From a virus, in the IMG/VR virus record IMGVR_UViG_3300046492_000237, positions 1 through 64,000 of that record: 64,000 bases of DNA; one strand, 5' to 3'. This document shows, one piece after another, positions 23,971-33,886 of this stretch. The notes under the pieces are model-generated. The model worked only from the letters and a program-made list of their open reading frames with translations, ran no database searches and was not told where the DNA came from. The position numbers were made by a program, and so were the translations under genes. The first letter of the stretch is position 1; each line of letters begins with the position of its first letter.

Positions 23971-24827
23971 CCCTGCATCTTGGTCACGGTGCGTTTGATC
24001 GCTTCCTCAAACGCCGACAGCGCCTTCTGCTGCATATCTTCCGATGTCTTCTGCGCGATCTGCTGCCCCGGCTGGGGCGGCACGATCCAGCCGCCAGACC
24101 CTTCCATCATGACCCGGAACGTCAGATAGGCCGATGACTTGCCGCCGCCCGGCGTGCTGGTATCGAAGCGATGCATGCCCTGAGCCCACTTTCTGGTGGC
24201 CGGGTCGATCCCCGCGCCCTTCATGGCGCCACGCTTGAGGCTGCCGCCCCATGAGTAGTGGTTTTTGTTGACCATCATGGTCGACTTTGTTTTCGCATTC
24301 GACAGAAACGGCGTCTGTTTCGATGACGGCGACATTCCAGCTGTGGGCGAAAGGTTGGTGACCTCGCCGCTTGGCCGCTCGCTCTGGTTAAGGATTGTTG
24401 AGGGGTCAAGATCCTTGGCCATCCCGTAGATGCCAGCGGCTTCCAACTTCGCCGCGTTGTGCCGCATCGGGATGATCAGGAAGCGCCGCCCGTCCTCAGT
24501 GCGCCGCACCTTGAGGCTGGTGCCGAGCATTTTTTTCAGGTCTTTCGCCGGGCGCCCGTTCTCAATTTCTTGGTCGTACCGGTAATCCGACTCTACCAGT
24601 GCGGTGAAGTCGCCAGTCATGTGCCAGCCGATCGTTTTGGCGTAGGCGTCTTTCTCCCCAGACCACAACTTCGCCTGATAGACGTTCGCCTGCCAGTTCG
24701 CGGCGGTCTGCGCAGCAACTGCGCGCACGGCTTGATTGAGCAGCGGAAAGATCTGTTTGTTGATGATCCCGACGCCGTCAAGAGCGTCGCCGAGGTTGAA
24801 CGTGAGCTTGAAGTTTAGGTCTGCCAT
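23967..24827 (-). CDS. Virion morphogenesis/neck protein, inverted relative to the operon
   Basis: IENGRPAKDLK, FLIIPMRH, YLTFRVM and GWIVP motifs; has its own late promoter. Confidence 0.65.
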   Translation of the reverse strand: MADLNFKLTFNLGDALDGVGIINKQIFPLLNQAVRAVAAQTAANWQANVYQAKLWSGEKDAYAKTIGWHMTGDFTALVESDYRYDQEIENGRPAKDLKKMLGTSLKVRRTEDGRRFLIIPMRHNAAKLEAAGIYGMAKDLDPSTILNQSERPSGEVTNLSPTAGMSPSSKQTPFLSNAKTKSTMMVNKNHYSWGGSLKRGAMKGAGIDPATRKWAQGMHRFDTSTPGGGKSSAYLTFRVMMEGSGGWIVPPQPGQQIAQKTSEDMQQKALSAFEEAIKRTVTKMQG

Positions 24828-24888
24828 GAGCCCAGCGTCGCGTCACGATGGCGCCCCGGCAAATCGTCGTGACGCCATCATAATCCCA
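24827..24888. promoter_or_regulatory. Back-to-back divergent late promoters, both leaderless
   Basis: Minus: ATCGTGAC (24849-24842), 14 nt, ATG 24827. Plus: GTCGTGAC (24866-24873), 14 nt, ATG 24888. Confidence 0.8.
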
Positions 24889-25706
24889 TGATCTCTATTA
24901 TCCGGCCGATCGCCGTCGGCAACGCGTTGCGACTATTCCTCGAACCCCCAGCGGGCGCGACGAAGTGGCGCGTTCTGCGTAAAGGCACTGACACAATCGC
25001 ATCCTTCGATGACCCGTCAGCGCTGCTGGTGTTTGAGGGCGAAACCAAGTTTTTCGTTGATGCCGCGTCGCTCCCAAACGAAGTCATGGCTTTCTACAAG
25101 CCGTTCTACTGGGTCAACGGTGCGTGGGTTTCCGGCCAAGGCAACAGCGGCACGCCAGCAGCGATTTACGAGGATCACAGCACCGATGTGGTGTCCTTCC
25201 TGCGCGAGCGCCTTGAGGCTGGCTTGCAGGTCGAAGTGCAGCGCGGAAATTTCAACACTGAGCTCGGCTACATCCAAGTTTATACAGCCCCGCCATCCCT
25301 CGAGCAGAACCTGATGTTCCCGTGCGTCACCGTGGAACTCAGCGATGCAGGTCGCGGCGAGTCAGGTATCGGCGAAGACATCGGCAGCGATGAGGATGAC
25401 GAAGAATCCGAAGGCTGGCTTGAGGACGTGTCCGTCAGCATGGTCGCGTGGTCGCTCAATCCGCTCGAGCGTATCGAGCTGCGTAAAGCGCTTCGCCGCC
25501 TGTTGCTGGCAAATCTGCCGGTGCTCGATGACCACGGGATCCAGCAGGTCAGTTTCCGCTTCAGCGACATCAATGCCGTCAATGGCGAGTTCGGCGCACC
25601 GGTCTATCAGGTGCTTTGCAATCTTTCATGTGTTGCGCCAGCGCGTGTCAGCGCCCGCGTCAGCACGATTCAGGATGTTGTGGTCACGCTCTCGACCACC
25701 ACGTAA
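24888..25706 (+). CDS. Probable tail terminator/completion protein
   Basis: Position before the sheath; FPCVTV...E-x-GIGE. Confidence 0.6.
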   Translation: MISIIRPIAVGNALRLFLEPPAGATKWRVLRKGTDTIASFDDPSALLVFEGETKFFVDAASLPNEVMAFYKPFYWVNGAWVSGQGNSGTPAAIYEDHSTDVVSFLRERLEAGLQVEVQRGNFNTELGYIQVYTAPPSLEQNLMFPCVTVELSDAGRGESGIGEDIGSDEDDEESEGWLEDVSVSMVAWSLNPLERIELRKALRRLLLANLPVLDDHGIQQVSFRFSDINAVNGEFGAPVYQVLCNLSCVAPARVSARVSTIQDVVVTLSTTT

Positions 25707-25745
25707 ACCGCCTGCGCGGCGGATTGTTTCCATAAGGACCACACC

Positions 25746-26057
25746 ATGGCAGCTAAAAGCACCACCAGCGACACCCCTGAAACGACCGAGGCTGTCAGCA
25801 CCGCCTCTGCCGCGCAGGTTGCAGCTACTGAAAAGCCGACTATTGCAGAGGACGCAGACATGTCGAACACGCCGGTTCCCGCTGCGTTTCAAATCACTCT
25901 GCAAGAATTCATGCAGAAGCTTTCGGCCCGTGATAACCGCGTCGAGCTGATCAACGCGTTCTATTACACCGAACGCCAAGCGGGCCACATCAAGGACTAC
26001 GAAGCGAACTTCCAAGCTCGTTTCGTAGCCTTCACCCAACTTGTCATTGAGGACTAA
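25746..26057 (+). CDS. Small hypothetical protein preceding the sheath
   Basis: AAGGA RBS. Confidence 0.7.
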   Translation: MAAKSTTSDTPETTEAVSTASAAQVAATEKPTIAEDADMSNTPVPAAFQITLQEFMQKLSARDNRVELINAFYYTERQAGHIKDYEANFQARFVAFTQLVIED

Positions 26058-26062
26058 AATCA

Positions 26063-27781
26063 ATGTCCCTTTTCTTCAACGGTAAGCTGTGGATCACCCC
26101 GGCTACGATGTCCAAGATCGACGACTCTGCAATGCAGAGCGCGAATCTCGGCGTGGGCAACTATGCCGCGCTGCTGGGCACCTGCACCGGCGGTAAGCCC
26201 AATACGCAACTGGCATTCAGTAACCCGGCAGAAGCCAAGGCTGTGCTGCGCAGTGGCGCACTGCTGGACGCCATCAACAAGGCCTTCGCACCGAGCGCTG
26301 ACACTGGCGGCCCATCGACCGTCTACGCCATCCGCGTAAACCCGGCAGTACAGGCGTCTCTGGTCCTGCAAGACACTCCCGGCAACGCAGCGGTCAATCT
26401 GGTTTCCACCGACTACGGCCTGTGGAACAACCAGATCAAGGTCAAGATCGAGGCCGGCTCCGTGTCGGGTCTGGCGATCACCACCCAGTATCAGACCGAC
26501 TACTTCTCGGAAGATAACATCGCCCGCGATGTCTTCACGATCCAGTACACCGGTGCGCTGGCCAGTGCGGCAATGACCGTGACCGGCACCAGCATCGTGC
26601 TGCAGGCTCCGTCCGGCACAACCGTGGCGACCGTGGATCTCGCGACCTATGGCACTTATGCGCAGGTTGTCGACTTCATCAACACCGTGCCCGACTTCAG
26701 CGCGCTGATCAGCGACACCTCGAACGATGAATTGAAGTCGTTGAACGGTTTCGACTTCGCCGCTTCGGTCGACGTGAAGACCAACCCGGTCAAGGTTACC
26801 GCCAACCTTCAAGCGGTGGTTGACTGGTTCAACTCCAACGGTGAAGGCTACGTGACTGCAAGTCGCGCGACCGGTGCCGGTGCGATCCCTGCGCTGACGT
26901 CGTTCAAGTACCTCACCGGTGGTTCTGATGGTGTCACCAGCACCCCGGAATGGTCGGCGGCCTTCACCACCCTGCAAACGGTCGACGCGCAATGGATCAC
27001 CCCGGTGACCACCAACTCCGCGATCTGGGCGATGACCGAGGCGCACGTTCAGTACATGTCCAAGTTCGCCGGGATGGAGCGTCGCGCCATCGTTGGTGCT
27101 CCGCTGGGCACTTCGGACGAGGATGCTTTGAACATGGCCAAGTCGCTGGGCAGCGATCGCACCTCGCTCGTTCACCTCGGCTACTACGACTACAACGCAG
27201 CCGGCGAACTGGTCCTGTTCTCGCCGGCTTACATGGCGGCGCTGCTGACCGGCATGTTCGCGGGTGTGAACCCGGGCACCGCGTTGAGTAACAAAACGAT
27301 CAGCGTGAGCGGTCTGGAGCGCAAGCTGCGCAACCCAACCGACACCGACGCCCTGATCAAGGGCGGCGTTCTGTGCGTAGAGGACACCAAGACCGGTTAC
27401 AAGGTTGTCCAGTCGATCAGTACGTGGATCAAGGACAAAAAGTTCAACAAGGTTGAGCAGTCCTGCGGCTGGGCGGCTGACTACACCGCGCGCACCGTTC
27501 GCGAGGCGCTGGATGTCCTGCGCGGCGGAAAGAACAACCAAGTCAACCTTGGTCGTGCAGCAAGCATCACCCAGACCGCCCTGAACGCTCTGGCAGTTGC
27601 AGAGCCTTCCGGGCCGGGTGTTCTGGCGGGCGACAAGGCCAACCCACCGTTCCGTGGCATCACCGTCACTGCCGATGGCGACGTTCTGGCTGTGGCGTTC
27701 GAATGCTCCCCGGTCATCCCTATCAACTACATCCCGGTTTCGATCTCGCTGAAGATCTTCACCGGCACTGCCTCGGCATAA
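26063..27781 (+). CDS. Tail sheath protein
   Basis: 572 aa; LTGGSDG, ALIKGGVLCVE and PVIPINYI C-terminal sheath motifs. Confidence 0.9.
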   Translation: MSLFFNGKLWITPATMSKIDDSAMQSANLGVGNYAALLGTCTGGKPNTQLAFSNPAEAKAVLRSGALLDAINKAFAPSADTGGPSTVYAIRVNPAVQASLVLQDTPGNAAVNLVSTDYGLWNNQIKVKIEAGSVSGLAITTQYQTDYFSEDNIARDVFTIQYTGALASAAMTVTGTSIVLQAPSGTTVATVDLATYGTYAQVVDFINTVPDFSALISDTSNDELKSLNGFDFAASVDVKTNPVKVTANLQAVVDWFNSNGEGYVTASRATGAGAIPALTSFKYLTGGSDGVTSTPEWSAAFTTLQTVDAQWITPVTTNSAIWAMTEAHVQYMSKFAGMERRAIVGAPLGTSDEDALNMAKSLGSDRTSLVHLGYYDYNAAGELVLFSPAYMAALLTGMFAGVNPGTALSNKTISVSGLERKLRNPTDTDALIKGGVLCVEDTKTGYKVVQSISTWIKDKKFNKVEQSCGWAADYTARTVREALDVLRGGKNNQVNLGRAASITQTALNALAVAEPSGPGVLAGDKANPPFRGITVTADGDVLAVAFECSPVIPINYIPVSISLKIFTGTASA

Positions 27782-27794
27782 GGAGGGGTAGACC

Positions 27795-28217
27795 ATGAGA
27801 GAGAATCGGAAGGTCCAGAGTGGTAACCGGATCATCATCACGTATGACGGTTTCCAAGTGGGCATGATCCAGTCGGTTCGCATGAACGACGACTATTCGC
27901 CTGAGCCGGCATCCGGTATCGGCGACATTCACGCAGCGGAGTACGTGCCAACCATGGCGCGCCACTCCCTGACCGTGAGTCGCATGATCCTGATCGCCGA
28001 CAAGATGCGCGAGCGCGGCATTTTTGCCGAAAACGGCGACGCCATGTTGCAAGGTCTGGTCTTCGATATCGAGACCTATTCCAAGGACGATGGCACGCTG
28101 ATTCGCAAATACGTCAGCTGCTCCTACGCTTCTGGCGACCTCGAAGTGTCCAAGCACCAGATCCTGATCGGTTCCGGTCAGTTCAACGCTCTGGATGTCA
28201 GCGGTACCGGCGCCTAA
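27795..28217 (+). CDS. Tail tube protein
   Basis: 140 aa directly after the sheath; AGGAGG RBS. Confidence 0.8.
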   Translation: MRENRKVQSGNRIIITYDGFQVGMIQSVRMNDDYSPEPASGIGDIHAAEYVPTMARHSLTVSRMILIADKMRERGIFAENGDAMLQGLVFDIETYSKDDGTLIRKYVSCSYASGDLEVSKHQILIGSGQFNALDVSGTGA

Positions 28218-28234
28218 CAGCACCGAGCACCACC

Positions 28235-28262
28235 AAAAAGCCCGCCTCAGTGCGGGCTTTTT
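28235..28262 (+). terminator. Rho-independent terminator, possibly bidirectional
   Basis: AAAAAGCCCGC-CTCAGT-GCGGGCTTTTT. Confidence 0.8.
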
Positions 28263-28285
28263 GTCGTGACCCGACAATGACTTGA
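28263..28285 (+). promoter_or_regulatory. Late promoter; predicted +1 at A28285
   Basis: GTCGTGAC-ccgAcaaT-gacttg-A, immediately after the terminator. Confidence 0.7.
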
Positions 28286-28317
28286 TCGTGTTCAACCCCC
28301 CAACCACTGGAGCTGTT

Positions 28318-28746
28318 ATGAGTACCGAACAACCGAACCGGGAAGGCCGCGCGCCAGCCACCACTGATTTTCATGTCGATGTCGATGGCATCGGCCATTT
28401 TGTCTTCGCGCGGCGCACCATGCGCGATGAGATGCGGATCTCTGCGGAATACTCGCGCTTCACTGAAGGCCTGTCGCAGCCGACCAACTACCTCGATTCC
28501 ATGGCCGGCTGGATCGCCACATTGAACGTGCTGACGGTGTCGATGCCGCACAACTGGGATCCGGAAAACATGGACCCATTCGATCCGGAGAGCGAGGAGA
28601 ACATCCTCAAGGTTTACAGTGCGCTCCGCATCAAGGAGGGGTCTTTTCGTCCCAAAAAGGAAGCAGCGAGCGAAGGCAGCGGGCAAGGAAATGGCCCAAC
28701 GAGTGAGCTTCTGGTTTCGCCACCGGTACCGCCTGCCGCCGACTGA
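28318..28746 (+). CDS. Tail assembly chaperone (G-like)
   Basis: Lies between tube and tape measure genes; GGAG RBS. Confidence 0.7.
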   Translation: MSTEQPNREGRAPATTDFHVDVDGIGHFVFARRTMRDEMRISAEYSRFTEGLSQPTNYLDSMAGWIATLNVLTVSMPHNWDPENMDPFDPESEENILKVYSALRIKEGSFRPKKEAASEGSGQGNGPTSELLVSPPVPPAAD

Positions 28747-28966
28747 TCCGCGCTTCCTCGATATGACCCTCGAGGACATGGAAGCTGAATACTGGGCCGT
28801 CCACTACTTCGAAACGAAAGACGACAGCAGCGAGGAGTTCGAGGACGACGACTTTGATGAGGCGGCCATTCTGGCGCAGATCGAAGCCGACGCACTGGAA
28901 GCCGAAAAACGACGTGAGGCCGAGCAAGGCCCACCCGACCCGGGTGACTGGGAACCAATTGAGTAA
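28646..28966 (+). CDS. Tail assembly chaperone extension (GT-like), in the +1 frame
   Basis: Overlapping frame encodes WFRHRYRLPPTDPRFLDMT and an acidic tail. Confidence 0.55.
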   Translation, partial: FVPKRKQRAKAAGKEMAQRVSFWFRHRYRLPPTDPRFLDMTLEDMEAEYWAVHYFETKDDSSEEFEDDDFDEAAILAQIEADALEAEKRREAEQGPPDPGDWEPIE

Positions 28967-28974
28967 CTGATCGC

Positions 28975-31587
28975 ATGAGCATCAAAATCCCCGTTAGCGC
29001 CGAACTGAACCAGCAGCAGATCACCGGCCAAATTGATCAGGTCCGTGACGCACTGAACAACCTCGGTCGCGATGCTCAGGGTGCTGGCAAGGTCAAATTT
29101 GACCCGATCAGCAATGTCAGCCTTGAGAACGTCAAGAAGATGCGCGCCGAGTTTGACGCCATCGTCAAGATGTCTCCGGGCCTGCGAAAGGCGCTCGATG
29201 CTGCCGGTCAGGGCGGAAAGTCGTTTGATGAAGTCCGCTGGGGCAAGGTCTGGACCGATGACAAGCAGCGCCGTGAGCATGCCGCAACGCTGCTGCGCCG
29301 TTTGGCTCCGAAGCAGATCTATGATCGCCCAGACCCAACGGTTCCACCGGTAAACGATCGTGGCGGGCCGGGCGGTATGGCCACGCCCGGAACTGGTGGG
29401 TGGCGCCGCGCGGCGCTGGGTGGCGCTGCTGGTATTGCCGGTGGTGTGGCCAGCCAGATTGGCGGGATCGGCGGCGGAATTGCTTCTGGGGCGCTTGCTG
29501 GCGGTCTGGCTGGCGGTCCTATTGGTGCTGCTGTCGGCGGTTTGGCTGGCGCCATCACCAGCTTGCTTGGCGCGATCGGCGAGGCTCGCGATATCGCCAT
29601 CGGCTTGGATACGCTGAAACGGACGCTCGGCGACACCAACGTGTCGTTCAAGGACCTGCAAGACAGCACGCGAAGCCTTGCCGACGAATACAGCCTTGCT
29701 GATGCAGAAGCCTCCGCGCTAACCAAGCGCTATGCCACTCTGGCAAACTCTGGCAAGGATACAGGCGCGCTGCGCAACGAGGTAGGTGTCGGTGTCGGGT
29801 TCTCACGTTCATTCGGCCTTGACCCGGCTGCGGGCGTTGGCTTCTTTGGCCAGATGCAGGGCATGGGGATCACCCGTGGTGCTGATGACAGCAAAAAGCT
29901 TGCGCTGCTGATCGGTGAAAGCGTCGCCAAGGCCGGTGACCTGCCGCGTCTTGGCGACGTGCTGGCCGGACTCTCTCGCTTTATGGAAGGCGCCGCGAGA
30001 ACCAGCCTGACAAATCCGAACTCGGCAGCATGGCTTTCGCGCTTCGCCGGGCTGGAAAACAGCGGGCTGGCCGGTATGGATCCGACCACCGCCGCCAGCA
30101 TCATCGGCAGCATTGACGGCAGCATCCGGCAGGGTGGCATCACCGAAGCCGGCAAAAACTTCATGAATGGTGTGTTGCAGCGCGATCAGGGCCTGAACAC
30201 CATCCAATCCGCAATTCAGCTCGAAGGCGGCGCGTTCGGTACCGGTCGGTCAACCTTCGGCGCAGACTCGCCTATGTCGCGCTTTTATGCGCGATTCGGC
30301 GGCGGCTCGCCGCTAAGTTCTTGGGGCGCCGATGAAAGCAACATCAGCGTGCTGCAGCGCAATCTGGTCAAGCAGTACAGCGGCAAGCCTCCGGAACTGA
30401 TGCTCGATGCGTTCAAAAACACCTTCGGCACCAGTTACGGGCAGTCGGCGGCGTGGATGGCCAGTGATCCCCAGCAGAACGACAGCATGCTCAAGCGTAT
30501 GCAGCGGCTCGGCATCAACTGGAAGGACGTGAACGCGACCGGCGTGTCGAAAATGAGCCAGATTGAGGCTAACGGCAGCCTGTCGGAAATGGACAAGGAC
30601 AACCAGATCCGCAAGGCTGCCGCGAACTATCAGGAGGACACCGTAGGTTCCGAGGCGCGCCGGGCGAGCATTGACGGCTCGAACGCCATGGTTCGTCTGG
30701 CGAACGAAGGCCTGCCGATGATCAGCTCTATTCAGGCTGGCGTGCTCAAGCTGGCGGGCCTTGACGGTTTTAGTCCGCAGAAGGCTGCGCTCAAGAGCGA
30801 GCACGAACGTCGGATGTCGGAAATCGACAACGGCCCACTGGCGGCCGAGCGCGCCAAGGCCGTGCAGAACTACAAGAAAGTGGTTCCCCTGTGGAAGCAG
30901 GTCAGCGGCGTCGGTCTGAACGATGAGGAGCAGCAGGCGAAGGATTGGCTCGACAACGCCAACAGCAATATTTCTGCGGCGCGCGAAGCAGAGGACGCCA
31001 AGTACAACAGCGGTCTGGATGTTCTGAACACCAACCCAAGTCCGGGGATCTCCTCGGCAGCAGTTAAGCCGACCGAGGATCTGCTGGCGCGCGCTGCTGA
31101 GTCCGACAAAAAGGCTGGGCTGCCACCGGGCACCACCGCTGCGCTCATGATGCAGGAAAGCGGTTTCAACTCGCAGGCTGTGAGCTCTGCTGGCGCACTC
31201 GGCATGCACCAGATCATGCCGTCGAACATCAAGACGCTATCCAACCGTGCCGGGCGCAATCTGGACCCGACCAACACCGCCGATTCGTTCTACATGTACG
31301 ACGAGTTGATGGCTGAACGCAAACGCAAGTACGGCAGCGATACCGACAAGATGTTGCGCAGCTATCACGGCGGCTATGACGAAACCGAGTGGGGCAAAAT
31401 CAATGCCGACTACATCCCGGCGATCGAGCGGCGCAAGCGTGAACTTGCAAAAAGCGGCGCCGGTACATCCGTGTCGCACAAGGTTGAGGTTGATGTCACC
31501 ATGCGCGACCAGTCGGGCAACCCTATGAATAACGCCGCCATTAACACAACGGTCGGCAAACCAGTCGTCAGCGGGGCTGCTGAATAA
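28975..31587 (+). CDS. Tape measure protein with a C-terminal lytic transglycosylase (SLT) domain
   Basis: Gly/Ala-rich membrane segment; LMMQESGFN...SSAGALGMHQIMP...YHGG. Confidence 0.85.
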   Translation: MSIKIPVSAELNQQQITGQIDQVRDALNNLGRDAQGAGKVKFDPISNVSLENVKKMRAEFDAIVKMSPGLRKALDAAGQGGKSFDEVRWGKVWTDDKQRREHAATLLRRLAPKQIYDRPDPTVPPVNDRGGPGGMATPGTGGWRRAALGGAAGIAGGVASQIGGIGGGIASGALAGGLAGGPIGAAVGGLAGAITSLLGAIGEARDIAIGLDTLKRTLGDTNVSFKDLQDSTRSLADEYSLADAEASALTKRYATLANSGKDTGALRNEVGVGVGFSRSFGLDPAAGVGFFGQMQGMGITRGADDSKKLALLIGESVAKAGDLPRLGDVLAGLSRFMEGAARTSLTNPNSAAWLSRFAGLENSGLAGMDPTTAASIIGSIDGSIRQGGITEAGKNFMNGVLQRDQGLNTIQSAIQLEGGAFGTGRSTFGADSPMSRFYARFGGGSPLSSWGADESNISVLQRNLVKQYSGKPPELMLDAFKNTFGTSYGQSAAWMASDPQQNDSMLKRMQRLGINWKDVNATGVSKMSQIEANGSLSEMDKDNQIRKAAANYQEDTVGSEARRASIDGSNAMVRLANEGLPMISSIQAGVLKLAGLDGFSPQKAALKSEHERRMSEIDNGPLAAERAKAVQNYKKVVPLWKQVSGVGLNDEEQQAKDWLDNANSNISAAREAEDAKYNSGLDVLNTNPSPGISSAAVKPTEDLLARAAESDKKAGLPPGTTAALMMQESGFNSQAVSSAGALGMHQIMPSNIKTLSNRAGRNLDPTNTADSFYMYDELMAERKRKYGSDTDKMLRSYHGGYDETEWGKINADYIPAIERRKRELAKSGAGTSVSHKVEVDVTMRDQSGNPMNNAAINTTVGKPVVSGAAE

Positions 31588-33095
31588 TGGATATCAAGGT
31601 TCACCTACCGCGCTATCAGGTGCTGGTCACGAAAACGGTAAAGCGCAAGACCGTGGACGGTTACATGCCTACTTCTGCGCGCTTTCAGGGCACACCGGAT
31701 GCGATCGACCTCGCGCCGTGGCTTGGCGATGGGTCGTCGATATCGACGGTCAAGGGCATCAATCAGGCCGCCGGTGGATTCTCCATCACTGTCCCTGACA
31801 TGCCGATCACCACCACAACCGGCGGCCTCGATACGCTATACGGCGTAATTGAGCCGATGGACCTTGTTCAGATCAAGGTTCAGCACTCGCCGTCGACGTG
31901 GGCCGGGAATAAGGCCCCGGTGATCATGCGCGGGTTCGTCTCGAAGGTCAGCCGGCAGGAAGGGATGTCGCCTGATGGTAAGCCTGGGCGATTCGTCACC
32001 ATCAACGGGCAGGACTACGGGAAGATCTGGCAGATCATTCAGATTTTCTACGGGCCATCGTACATCTTTGGCGAAGACATCCTGTCGGCATTCAAGTTGA
32101 TGGATAAGTTCGGCGCGGGCTTCAAAAACGCCATGAGCAACGTCGAGTTCCTGCAAACGGCCATCGACAAGATCATCAACCCGTTCCTGCAACGCCTTCT
32201 GCCAGAGGGCAGCGGGTTCCCGCTGATCACACTGAACACCGACCACGTCGTCGAGGGTGCGGTCGGTATCGCCGGGATCCAGTCAGCTGAGGGCACGATC
32301 TACCAGCTGATGCGCAATTATCTGGACGTCGGCCCATTCAACGAGCTGTTTCTCGCTGATGATGATGCTGGTGTCCACTGCATCTATCGGCAGAACCCGG
32401 CGATCGGGCTGGATGGCTATCCGCTCGCGCCAGATGTTACAGATGCACCGGCGGCGGATCCGCTGATCGTTCCGGACGCCAACACCCTGAACATCATCGA
32501 CATCCCTGCCGAGGACGTGATTGCGCTGGATGTGTCCCGCTCCGATGAGGGCGTGGGGAACTATTACTGGGTGTCGGCTCCGGGGTTCAGCCTGAACAGT
32601 GACACCCTGCAGCGCCAGATGGGTTACAGCAGCGCGGAACGGGCGACCATTGACCTGTCGGAGTACCCGAACAGCGCATCGGCACTGTACGGTACCCGGC
32701 TGATGTGGATCGACACCAAGCTGGGCGGCCCTGCGGTCACCAACACAAAATCGGGATTGACCGAGCCAGAGCAAGAGCAGCGGGACGGCAATCTCTTTGA
32801 CTGGCTGCGCACTCGCCGTGAGTTTCTGGTGGCGCAGAACCGCGACAACAGCATTCTCGAAAGCGGCACGTTGCGCATGCGTGGAAACGAGAACATCCGC
32901 GCCGGGAACTATGTCCGGGTGCTGCGTGGCAACTTTTCATCGGTGTTCTATGTGACCTCGGTTTCGCACAACATCCTGCCATTGCGAGGCTTTTACAGCA
33001 CGCTGACCCTGTCGCGCGGCACCGGGTTTGCCAACCGTGTGCGCATGGCTGGCGGCGTCGATTCTCCTTATCTCAGCGAGCTGACCGGTCTATGA
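31587..33095 (+). CDS. Baseplate hub protein
   Basis: Position; GNENIRAG...FYVTSVSH...TLTLSRG C-terminus. Confidence 0.7.
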   Translation: MDIKVHLPRYQVLVTKTVKRKTVDGYMPTSARFQGTPDAIDLAPWLGDGSSISTVKGINQAAGGFSITVPDMPITTTTGGLDTLYGVIEPMDLVQIKVQHSPSTWAGNKAPVIMRGFVSKVSRQEGMSPDGKPGRFVTINGQDYGKIWQIIQIFYGPSYIFGEDILSAFKLMDKFGAGFKNAMSNVEFLQTAIDKIINPFLQRLLPEGSGFPLITLNTDHVVEGAVGIAGIQSAEGTIYQLMRNYLDVGPFNELFLADDDAGVHCIYRQNPAIGLDGYPLAPDVTDAPAADPLIVPDANTLNIIDIPAEDVIALDVSRSDEGVGNYYWVSAPGFSLNSDTLQRQMGYSSAERATIDLSEYPNSASALYGTRLMWIDTKLGGPAVTNTKSGLTEPEQEQRDGNLFDWLRTRREFLVAQNRDNSILESGTLRMRGNENIRAGNYVRVLRGNFSSVFYVTSVSHNILPLRGFYSTLTLSRGTGFANRVRMAGGVDSPYLSELTGL

Positions 33096-33859
33096 GCACG
33101 AAAACACGCGGTAAGGTAGTTGCGATTCACCCTGAGGACCATTCGTGCGATGTCCGCCTTCTGCGCGACGGCTGTCTGCTGGCGGGCCTTCAAATTCTGT
33201 CGCAATCGGCCAGCACCAACACCGGCCTCAACGATCTGGCCGTGCCGACTACGCCGCCGGACAATCAATGGACCCAACGCACCGATCGGGACATCATCGC
33301 CATCGTGGACTGGTGCGATGGCGTGCCCTACGTTGAGGGTTTCCTATTTCCGCAAATTTGCCAGATGACGTTCAAGGAGCAGAACCGGAAGATCGATCGT
33401 CACGCCTCGGACTTCTATCACACGGTTGATGCGGCCGGTAACGCGGAGTGGTATCACCCGAGCGGAACCTATCTGCGGATGGGCGAGAATCCGGCGCATG
33501 AGGATCTGACCGGCAAGGACGCCGACAAGAAGTGGGCAATCACCAAGAACACCGCGCGCGCTCCGCATGTGCGGCTGGTGGTGGCCAGTGGTGGTGCTGC
33601 GGCACTCACGATCAATGCTGATCCGGCGGGCAACCTGACCATCACCAGCGCTGCGGGAACGGCCACGCTGGTGTTCCCCGGCGGTACGACCATTGATACG
33701 CCGCTGACCACTATGACCGGCGACCTAAAAGTTGATGGAAACATCAAGGCAGATGGCGAGATCGAGGACCACACCCGCTCGATGCAAGGCGACCGCGAGA
33801 TCTACAACGTCCATACCCACCCGGCTAACGCCACTCAGGCGCCGAACCAACAGATGTAA
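33092..33859 (+). CDS. Baseplate central spike (gpV-like)
   Basis: N-terminal OB-like segment, beta-repeat region, C-terminal HTH iron-binding apex (VHTHP). Confidence 0.8.
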   Translation: MSTKTRGKVVAIHPEDHSCDVRLLRDGCLLAGLQILSQSASTNTGLNDLAVPTTPPDNQWTQRTDRDIIAIVDWCDGVPYVEGFLFPQICQMTFKEQNRKIDRHASDFYHTVDAAGNAEWYHPSGTYLRMGENPAHEDLTGKDADKKWAITKNTARAPHVRLVVASGGAAALTINADPAGNLTITSAAGTATLVFPGGTTIDTPLTTMTGDLKVDGNIKADGEIEDHTRSMQGDREIYNVHTHPANATQAPNQQM

Positions 33860-33863
33860 ATCC

Positions 33864-33886
33864 GTCGTGACGCCATTATGGCGTCA
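33864..33886 (+). promoter_or_regulatory. Late promoter; +1 is ATG 33886
   Basis: GTCGTGAC-gccAttaT-ggcgtc-ATG. Confidence 0.75.

Noticed and set aside
29401-29580. Gly/Ala-rich GGC-repeat stretch as a DNA repeat element
   Set aside because: Ordinary glycine-rich membrane segment of the tape measure protein.
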